IMG/VR virus record: IMGVR_UViG_3300023178_000241
Coordinates: 1 to 25,482 of that record
Reading direction: 5' to 3' (one strand)
Length of the DNA stretch: 25,482 bases
Origin: a virus
Taxonomy: Duplodnaviria > Caudoviricetes
In this document: positions 18,820-25,482 of the stretch, one piece after another
Layout of the letters: every line of letters begins with the position of its first letter
How positions within the stretch are numbered: position 1 is the first letter of the stretch
Position numbers and translations under genes: made by a program
Notes under the pieces: generated by a model
The model's input: only the letters and a program-made list of their open reading frames with translations
Databases searched by the model: none
What the model was told of the DNA's origin: nothing

Positions 18820-19969
18820 TTAGTATCTTCATTAATTTTTGGTTAAACGATTCCTCATAATATTCTATTGGTTTAGTTACACTTAAATACTTTTCTTGAA
18901 TAGAATTTAACCATTGTAATCTAACACTTTCTGATGTAGAAGTCAAGCACTTTTTTATATCTTCGAAAGAAAACATTCTTTGTCTATCATCTAATACTAA
19001 CTGATTATTACAATCATAATTTTGCCACACTAATGGAATAATATCACAACCTAATGCCTCATTGTATCTTGAAGTTAAATGTTCTTCTTGACCTGGCCAA
19101 TTAAAACAAAGTGTAAATTTACATTCTGATAAGTGTGGTAAAATATTAGTCATATTCTTATCGAACTTATGTGTGTATTGAAATCCATCAAAGTATCCAA
19201 TTAAATTATTACTAATTGATTCATCTTTATAAATTTCTTTTAATATTAAGTGTCGTTCATCTTTTGATTCTTTACCAACATACAATGGTTCTATAAATCT
19301 TGTTTTCAATTCACATCCAGCAGTACCATACTTTACAATCTTACCATCTTTATAATAATCCTTTACATGATAATCTCTCATCTCTGATGTAGAATCAATT
19401 TTAAATTTTTTAGAAGTTCCCCAATATCCAAAATCAGTTTTTTTCGTGGTATCAAGATTTTGTTTTTTTATGTTTATATATTTTAAATGATGTACTCCAC
19501 CTGGAAACTCACTTTCATCTATTTGGTAAAATGTTAAATTAGGAACATCTTTAAAAACTTTATCTCTATATAATTCTATTGTATCTGCTTTATCACTTGT
19601 GAACAAAATAACTTTTCGTGGTTTAGGATTATCTCTTAAAATTTCTCTCATGTATTCTACATTACCCCAACTTCTACCCATTAATAGATTTTGAATCCTA
19701 CCATAAATGTTATAAGCAAATTCAGCTTCACTTGGTATTATCAACACATCAGATTCTTTAAGTATATTTAAATCTCTAACATTAGTTCTTTTCTTTTCTC
19801 GTGATGGTAAAGAACAATTGTAGGTATCAAAAGAATGTGGCCATGTATCATATTTTTCTATGAAGTTATTTAACAAATGATAATGTGAATCAACAATATG
19901 ATTTAATGGTTCACCTTTATAATATTCTGTACTTCGTAATCGAGTAACTACTACTTTCCCACATTCCAA
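18812..19969 (-). CDS. GT-B glycosyltransferase, T4 DNA beta-glucosyltransferase-like
   Basis: LTSRYNEALGCDIIPLVWQNYD parallels T4 BGT ITLRVWETMASDAVMLIDEEFD, and DFGYWGT parallels DVIYGGS (BGT sequence recalled, not aligned). Start reassigned to TTG at 19969, which has AGGAG 7 nt upstream (385 aa; track start is 20011). Confidence 0.65.
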   Translation of the reverse strand: MECGKVVVTRLRSTEYYKGEPLNHIVDSHYHLLNNFIEKYDTWPHSFDTYNCSLPSREKKRTNVRDLNILKESDVLIIPSEAEFAYNIYGRIQNLLMGRSWGNVEYMREILRDNPKPRKVILFTSDKADTIELYRDKVFKDVPNLTFYQIDESEFPGGVHHLKYINIKKQNLDTTKKTDFGYWGTSKKFKIDSTSEMRDYHVKDYYKDGKIVKYGTAGCELKTRFIEPLYVGKESKDERHLILKEIYKDESISNNLIGYFDGFQYTHKFDKNMTNILPHLSECKFTLCFNWPGQEEHLTSRYNEALGCDIIPLVWQNYDCNNQLVLDDRQRMFSFEDIKKCLTSTSESVRLQWLNSIQEKYLSVTKPIEYYEESFNQKLMKILND

Positions 19970-20721
19970 AATAATGCTCCTTTTGTTGCGTGTTCTTTGA
20001 TGAACATCCAAGCCTTACTATCATAAGTTAGTGAACTTGGAAATGGTGGTAGTTCATCTTTTTTACACTCTTGTTGAAATTTATATTTAGAACGAAATGT
20101 TTCTGCTCTACCCATCTCTTCTTCTGTTGTGTTGTGTCCTATTTGTACACCATAAAATTTTGCATTAGGCCATGCCTTTTGTAAACCTCTACTTAATACA
20201 CCACTACTCATAACAGTCCAAACTTCTTTTGGATGTTCGAATCGTTTGATTGAATCTAAACTCATAGCCGCTCTACACATTGCTTCAATAATGATTGGAT
20301 GGTCGCCACCAAAAGGAATTAAGTGAGCTCCATTCTCTTCACAATATACTCTAGCCTTATGTTGTATATTTGTTAAGTATCCCATTGGAACCTCTATGAT
20401 ATTAGCACCTAACTCTTCTGCCTCATCAGTCAACCAATATCGTTTACCCTTTGGAACAGTCACGGTACATTTTCTATCTAAATCTTTACAAGCATATGCT
20501 AATGATAATTGTGCATATCCTTGACGAGGCGATGCATATACAAACTCTTCTACATCAGGAAGTGATGCAACATATTGAGTGAAAGCTCTTCGTTTAGTTC
20601 CACCCTCAAGTAAATCATCACGAACAACTCTGATACCATCAAACTCTTCAATGATAGGAAGTGGTAATTTGACATCACACTTGATATCATCATAACCATA
20701 ATCAAGAAATTTACTTATCAC
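19951..20721 (-). CDS. PLP-dependent enzyme, fold type II (PALP; cysteine desulfhydrase/ACC deaminase-like)
   Basis: 256 aa; VVRDDLLEGGTKRR (Schiff-base Lys), SPRQGYAQLSLAY, IPFG, phosphate loop SSGVLSRGL, YDSKAW. Confidence 0.85.
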   Translation of the reverse strand: MISKFLDYGYDDIKCDVKLPLPIIEEFDGIRVVRDDLLEGGTKRRAFTQYVASLPDVEEFVYASPRQGYAQLSLAYACKDLDRKCTVTVPKGKRYWLTDEAEELGANIIEVPMGYLTNIQHKARVYCEENGAHLIPFGGDHPIIIEAMCRAAMSLDSIKRFEHPKEVWTVMSSGVLSRGLQKAWPNAKFYGVQIGHNTTEEEMGRAETFRSKYKFQQECKKDELPPFPSSLTYDSKAWMFIKEHATKGALFWNVGK

Positions 20722-22654
20722 CGAATACCTTTTCTAAGTAGTTATCAATTTGAACACTTCTATATTTGTAGAGTAAGTTATTTGTTAATTCACTTGAAAC
20801 ATTATCTCCAATAACTCCTACTGAACATACTTTAACCCAATCTTCATCACCAAAAGAATCTTCTCTAAAGATATCATATTCTGAACTATTAAGTAATTGC
20901 TTTACATTGTTTTCTAATTTATCATTTGGATTATGTAATTGTCCAAGAGTTCCATCCAAGTTTTTAACAACTTCTTTTTTATTTGAAATAGAATCATTAG
21001 ATATTAAACCATTTGTAGTTTTATCTAAATTATAAAAGTTAATACCATGATATCTTATTTCTGATTTATTAGTACCTTTAACTGAAAGATAATGTTCACA
21101 TTCTTCTGTACCTGATTCGTTTGGATTTATATTAACCCAATTTTTTGTAGTACTTTTTAAAGAACAATGTCCTAATATATTATCAATGTAATTATACTTT
21201 CTTAGGAAATGGCTTGTTCTATCTTTTACTTTGTTAGTTAATAAGGATTCTATAAACTGATTCTTATAATTAATTGTTTCTACAGAATTATCGTTTACAA
21301 AATATTTAACTAAGAGTTTTGATATATCAGTATCTCTATCTATTTCATTTATAGAAGAACCAACTAACTTATCAAAACTTGAATAAGAAACAAACTTACC
21401 ATTAATATGAATGTTCTGAATAACTCTTTGTTCTTTTAAAGTAAGTTCTTGTTTTGTTTCTCTTTCATATTTTAATAAAATAGGAATCCATCTTGTACCA
21501 TCTTCATTAATATATCCATTATCAAAATACTTATTTATTCTTTGTAAATCTTTATACCAACCCCATAATGTTAAAGAAGATTTAAAATGTTCTAACATTG
21601 ATGTATCATTATATTTGTAATCAATCTCACCATCATCATTTCTTGGAGCGTAATCTTCCATTTCATTATCTAACACTTTCATAATTTCATTAGATACAAC
21701 ATCTAATACACTACCTCTACCAATACCTTTTGTGTATCCACCCTTTGTGGTATAATAAGATTGTAAAACCCAACTAAACATTTTGGTACAATTTTCTTGA
21801 GTAGGTTTAAACCTTTTTCTAATAGGTGAAAATATAGATTTTATCTTTTCATTGATAACCAAATTTAATTCATGATTTTCTGGTTGTCCTTTTAAATATT
21901 TATTTTGAAATTTTGCTAACACTTTATTAGATACAGAACTAATACCATTTGTTGCAACTCCTCGTTCACCAGAGTTAATACTAAAATCATCAATTGTGTT
22001 TTCTGATGGAGCCCAACTAACATGATATAAGTTAAGAATATTTTCAAAAGCATTTAATAACTCTGTATCAGATTTAAACTTATGGGTCTCAACCCAATCT
22101 CTATATTTTTTTAATTGTTCCAATACAAAAAAGTTTTGATTAAATAAAGTTTCTTTATAATAATCATCAATAACATTTTGAATACTTTGATTTCTTTTAA
22201 CAATTTCAAAAACAATATCATTGGTATGTTTGTAATTATCATCTACAAATTCACCAACCTCTGTAATGAATTGAAATCTAATAGTTTTACCATCACCCCT
22301 AAAAACATATTTATCAAAGATTGATTTATCTTTTGCAAAGTTTCTGAATGATAATCCTAATAAGAACATTTTAGTATTACGAGTTAATCCGTCTGATGTA
22401 CCCCATATTCCATTTTCTTTGTCAATGAGAATCATTGTAATCTCACCACCAAAATTAATCTTACAACCTTCATCAATTGAATAATCTGGTGTAATTAAAT
22501 TTTTGTGAGTTAAATGATTATCTATTTCTTCAACATGAATTTCTGCCTGTTCACCATCGTGGTCGTTATCTCTTTGGTTTGATGTTCCAGTCAGTCCTAA
22601 ATCATTACTCCAAAAATACATCATTGGTTTTCTCGGTGTTGTACTAAATGCCAT
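20711..22654 (-). CDS. Divergent DUF262 (ParB-like) + DUF1524 (HNH-like) GmrSD-family protein
   Basis: 647 aa; NQR...FGGEIT...SDGLTR resembles the DUF262 QR and DGQQR motifs; C-terminal ECEHYLS...HGINFYNLDKTTN...SN resembles DUF1524 EHIxP...GNLxLL...N; GAGG SD. Confidence 0.55.
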   Translation of the reverse strand: MAFSTTPRKPMMYFWSNDLGLTGTSNQRDNDHDGEQAEIHVEEIDNHLTHKNLITPDYSIDEGCKINFGGEITMILIDKENGIWGTSDGLTRNTKMFLLGLSFRNFAKDKSIFDKYVFRGDGKTIRFQFITEVGEFVDDNYKHTNDIVFEIVKRNQSIQNVIDDYYKETLFNQNFFVLEQLKKYRDWVETHKFKSDTELLNAFENILNLYHVSWAPSENTIDDFSINSGERGVATNGISSVSNKVLAKFQNKYLKGQPENHELNLVINEKIKSIFSPIRKRFKPTQENCTKMFSWVLQSYYTTKGGYTKGIGRGSVLDVVSNEIMKVLDNEMEDYAPRNDDGEIDYKYNDTSMLEHFKSSLTLWGWYKDLQRINKYFDNGYINEDGTRWIPILLKYERETKQELTLKEQRVIQNIHINGKFVSYSSFDKLVGSSINEIDRDTDISKLLVKYFVNDNSVETINYKNQFIESLLTNKVKDRTSHFLRKYNYIDNILGHCSLKSTTKNWVNINPNESGTEECEHYLSVKGTNKSEIRYHGINFYNLDKTTNGLISNDSISNKKEVVKNLDGTLGQLHNPNDKLENNVKQLLNSSEYDIFREDSFGDEDWVKVCSVGVIGDNVSSELTNNLLYKYRSVQIDNYLEKVFGDK

Positions 22655-22683
22655 TTACTATTTTCCTCTTATTAATTTATTTG

Positions 22684-22713
22684 AATATAACAATTTTTTT
22701 GTATATAAGTCAA
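22684..22713 (-). promoter_or_regulatory. Sigma70-type promoter (TTGACT-N18-TATATT with extended TGn)
   Basis: Fills the 60-bp gap upstream of the GmrSD-like gene. Confidence 0.6.
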
Positions 22714-22714
22714 G

Positions 22715-24325
22715 CTATTTTTTATAAAAAACAAAGATTGGTTCGAACTTGTATGCCTTACCATTGTGTTTTACAGCGTTTTTGATTCCACTTTTTGTAG
22801 GGTCTAATCCAACCATTCTTGTCATCAACATTTTTAATTTACCCTTATACTCACAACCTAACTCTTCCAAGATATCAATACTATCTTGTTCTAATGGATA
22901 ATATAATGATTCACCAATCTTAATATCAGCAATGTTCCATAAAATATATCTATCATTTTTTAAGTACTCGTATGCTGTAGTTAATGTAGGTTTTAAGAAG
23001 TTATCTCTCCAATCATCATACTCTGAATATGCTTTAAAACTTTGATTCTCATCTTGTGAATATTGTTCACGATTAAAATAAGGTGGGGAAGTGAACACTA
23101 TATCCAACTTACCTTTATACTTCTGAAACTCAGGATTGTTCCCAATTAATTCACTACCATCTGTAAATACTTCATAAGTATTACTTTGTTTTTCTACTTC
23201 AAAAAACTTTTGAAATGTATCACTAAAATTATCAATACAATTATCATTATAGAAATCAGCAACTGCCTGATATCTACCACTTGTATCTGGATTAGGGTCT
23301 GTACCAACATAATGTGCTTTCTTTCTTGTACTCATAGCACCAATGATTCTACCACCCCAACCACTTGATGAATCATAGATTGTGATTGGTTCATCTACAT
23401 GAGATGTATAAGTTTCATATAAATACTTTGCAGTTAGTGCTGGAAAGTTTACAGCTGGTTGTCCACAACTTAATCTAAACACTTGTAATATCTTTGGAAA
23501 GATTCCATCACTCTTATTATACCAACGAATCAAATAAAAGAACTTAGTTACTTTACCACTCTTACTTGTTTCCTCTGAAACTATATCACCAAGATTACTT
23601 ATTTGTGTATTGTTTAACCAACCATTATCAACACACTCATTAACATCATCTGCTGTTAAATACAAATTCTCAAATCCAACAAACTGGTCATTGATGGTTC
23701 CGTAGTTATCCATTGTTGTGGATTTTACTTTAGCCAAAACAATATCACAATCTTTATATTTATCAACAAACACTTTACCCTCGTGTACATCACGAATAAA
23801 ATCTTTACCATTTTGTCCATTCCAAAATGGATTCTCATCTCTTTTGTTTACAACACTTCTACTCCAACTATACATGGAATCTTTCTTTACAGCTCTTCTC
23901 ATAATCTTTACAAACTTCTCTTCCATATCAGGTTCTGCAAAGTGGTCATAAATACTTAATCCACCATCTGCACTTTTACCACCAGAGATTTTTGTTTTTA
24001 ACATTGTAGGAAAGAACTGATTTACAGCACTTGCATCTTTATTAAAGTTCTGTATAATTCCAAGAGATTCTTCATCACCCGTTTTATCTTGTTCTAAAAA
24101 CTCACATGGATTCTTTCTTAACTTAGAAAGTGATTTGATAATACCCTCTTCATCTTTACCGATAACAGGTGGTGTTCCATATTCATCCCATTGAGTAGTT
24201 ACTTCTTTTCTTAATAAACGAGCCCACTCAATAAACTCTGAATCAGTTTTAGACAACAAATCGTGATAAGTAGTGTTTGATTTGAAAGTATCAAACTTAC
24301 TTCTTTCATAAAACCATTTTTTCAA
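22715..24325 (-). CDS. DNA amino-methyltransferase (N4-C/N6-A type)
   Basis: 536 aa; SAM-binding motif I YDSSSGWGGR, then YVGTDPN and catalytic motif IV FTSPPYF; TTG start with GAGGA SD. Confidence 0.85.
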   Translation of the reverse strand: MKKWFYERSKFDTFKSNTTYHDLLSKTDSEFIEWARLLRKEVTTQWDEYGTPPVIGKDEEGIIKSLSKLRKNPCEFLEQDKTGDEESLGIIQNFNKDASAVNQFFPTMLKTKISGGKSADGGLSIYDHFAEPDMEEKFVKIMRRAVKKDSMYSWSRSVVNKRDENPFWNGQNGKDFIRDVHEGKVFVDKYKDCDIVLAKVKSTTMDNYGTINDQFVGFENLYLTADDVNECVDNGWLNNTQISNLGDIVSEETSKSGKVTKFFYLIRWYNKSDGIFPKILQVFRLSCGQPAVNFPALTAKYLYETYTSHVDEPITIYDSSSGWGGRIIGAMSTRKKAHYVGTDPNPDTSGRYQAVADFYNDNCIDNFSDTFQKFFEVEKQSNTYEVFTDGSELIGNNPEFQKYKGKLDIVFTSPPYFNREQYSQDENQSFKAYSEYDDWRDNFLKPTLTTAYEYLKNDRYILWNIADIKIGESLYYPLEQDSIDILEELGCEYKGKLKMLMTRMVGLDPTKSGIKNAVKHNGKAYKFEPIFVFYKK

Positions 24326-24333
24326 TTATATCC

Positions 24334-24885
24334 TCAATTATTATTTATTAATGTTAATTCCGTTTTCATTATTTTTGCAGTATCAATCTTGTAAGGTTTT
24401 GTACCAGGTGATTCTAATATATCAACACGATTCACCCATCGTTTATTCATTGTATCTTTTACTTGATAGACACCATCTTTTTGTCCTGTTCCACTCAGAA
24501 TTATAAAATCTCCGTACTCCAAGAATCCACCATGTTGTTTCAAAAGATTTCTACTCACCGCTATAAATCGGTACTCACTTGCCTTGTGTACTCTGATACG
24601 CGTTCCATCCGCGAGAATGTCCGGTGTAGAATCAGTTTGAGAACGAACTGGATGATACATTGTTACGGTCACATCTAATCCCTCAAGTTTAAACTCTTCA
24701 ACGATAGCTTTTAATCTTTCGTTTTCAGAATTTAGTTCGCGAACTGAGTCCTTGTGGAACTCCTTGTAATTGTCAAAAATTTCTGTCCATACATAACCAT
24801 TAAATAAAACTATTATCATAGCCAGTATGTAAATTAATTTGTTCTTCATAATATTATTATCATAAAGTTTGTCATATACACTCAT
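24334..24885 (-). CDS. 3D-domain (double-psi barrel) peptidoglycan hydrolase-like protein with N-terminal TM and coiled coil
   Basis: VTVTMY...QTDSTP..LADG...IAVSR...GD...YQVKDTM...RVDI is the 3D pattern. The true start may be the ATG at 24849 (MKNKLIYIL). Confidence 0.75.
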   Translation of the reverse strand: MSVYDKLYDNNIMKNKLIYILAMIIVLFNGYVWTEIFDNYKEFHKDSVRELNSENERLKAIVEEFKLEGLDVTVTMYHPVRSQTDSTPDILADGTRIRVHKASEYRFIAVSRNLLKQHGGFLEYGDFIILSGTGQKDGVYQVKDTMNKRWVNRVDILESPGTKPYKIDTAKIMKTELTLINNN

Positions 24886-24897
24886 ATATAAATATAA
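24882..24897 (-). promoter_or_regulatory. Putative phage late promoter, copy 4 (TTATATTTATatATGA)
   Basis: Directly upstream of, and overlapping, the first ATG of the 3D-domain gene. Confidence 0.65.
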
Positions 24898-24905
24898 CCT
24901 TTCAC

Positions 24906-24928
24906 TGCAAAAACTTAATGTTTTTGCA
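24906..24928. repeat. Perfect 9-bp inverted repeat just downstream of the tmRNA (possible terminator/processing hairpin)
   Basis: TGCAAAAAC-TTAAT-GTTTTTGCA. Confidence 0.5.
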
Positions 24929-24943
24929 ATTATTTTTTGTTAG

Positions 24944-25284
24944 TGGAGCCGGGCGGATTCGAACCGCCGTCTTGTTCACCTTTAATAAAAAGTCATTCAC
25001 AACTTAGTTAGATTCCAAATCGGTAGTCATCTAACAACCCACCATGTCCCATTTTACTCAGAATGGTTTAACTGAGATTTCATTTATCCTCTAAACCTGA
25101 AGTGAGTTTGTTTCCGATATCGACATCTTATCTTACTATCGGAGTCATAAGTAAGATGGCTTACATTAAGCGTAAGCTACATTAGCATAATTGCCAATTA
25201 ATAGTATAGGGATTTTGTATAAGACCTCCCCAATCTCTGTTGCACTTTATATTAAATAAATGCCAATCGATACCTTTCGGCCCC
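24944..25284 (-). ncRNA. ssrA: tmRNA (341 nt); tag ORF 25166..25195 encodes GNYANVAYA*
   Basis: 5' GGGGCCG pairs with 3' CGGCTCC-A including the G3:U wobble; T-arm GGCGG-TTCGAAT-CCGCC; resume codon GGC at nt 90 after TAATT; CCA not encoded. Confidence 0.93.
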
Positions 25285-25285
25285 G

Positions 25286-25358
25286 AGCCGATGGTAGGAC
25301 TCGAACCTACGCTCTATTGATTACAAATCAATTGCTTTACCAACTAAGCTACATCGGC
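25286..25358 (-). tRNA. tRNA-Thr(UGU)
   Basis: Acceptor GCCGATG/CATCGGC, D-arm GCTT/AAGC, anticodon arm ATTGA-TTTGTAA-TCAAT, T-arm GTAGG-TTCGAGT-CCTAC; CCA not fully encoded. Confidence 0.95.
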
Positions 25359-25359
25359 A

Positions 25360-25482
25360 TTAATGAAGTTCATCCTGTTCATCTTCCCAATCAATATCTT
25401 CTTCACCAATAGTAATTAATGTATCAAGAACATCAATTAAATCTTCAACGATGTTCCAATCCTCTTGATTATATGCTTCTTC
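25360..25482 (-). CDS. Acidic hypothetical protein, 3' end only
   Basis: Open frame EEAYNQEDWNIVEDLIDVLDTLITIGEEDIDWEDEQDELH* entering from the window edge. Confidence 0.65.
   Translation of the reverse strand, partial: EEAYNQEDWNIVEDLIDVLDTLITIGEEDIDWEDEQDELH

Noticed and set aside
19970-20011. Track start (MDVHQ...) of the GT-B gene
   Set aside because: It overlaps the PLP gene by 61 bp; the TTG at 19969 has a well-spaced AGGAG.
24338-24354. Plus-strand near-match to the late motif (TTATTATTTATTAATGT)
   Set aside because: Imperfect, antisense within Asn/Ile codons at the end of the 3D gene, and expected by chance in AT-rich DNA.
2929-24678. Other short plus-strand ORFs (2929, 3887, 11250, 13709, 15315, 16656, 17995, 23186, 23718, 24463)
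   Set aside because: All lie antisense to well-supported genes and lack recognisable protein features.
1-25482. Stop-codon reassignment, CRISPR array, integrase/transposase, reverse transcriptase
   Set aside because: Genes tile densely under code 11 with TAA, TAG and TGA all used as stops; no repeat-spacer array or such enzyme motifs were seen.

Overview
AT-rich segment of a large lytic dsDNA phage with myovirus-like baseplate genes, probably marine (inferred), using the standard genetic code and strong Shine-Dalgarno sites. All genes but one are on the minus strand. In transcription order (right to left) it holds: a partial acidic CDS, tRNA-Thr(UGU) and tmRNA separated by single bases; a membrane-anchored 3D-domain muralytic protein; a putative DNA-hypermodification cluster (SPPY amino-methyltransferase, divergent DUF262/DUF1524 GmrSD-like nuclease with its own sigma70-type promoter, fold-type II PLP enzyme, T4 BGT-like GT-B glycosyltransferase, TAGT-like GT-A glycosyltransferase, HD hydrolase); a gp55-like sigma factor; a lone plus-strand 73-aa membrane protein; a baseplate/tail module (gp5/gpV-like, gp25, gp6-like, DNRLRE-like, a 1629-aa LamG protein with an internal Hint domain, three tail-collar-like proteins); and a secreted cohesin/SdrD-B-like protein that runs off the window. 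A 16-bp motif, TTATATTTATnnATGA, precedes four transcription units and is a candidate late promoter. All protein calls come from motif recognition by eye; no database search was run.
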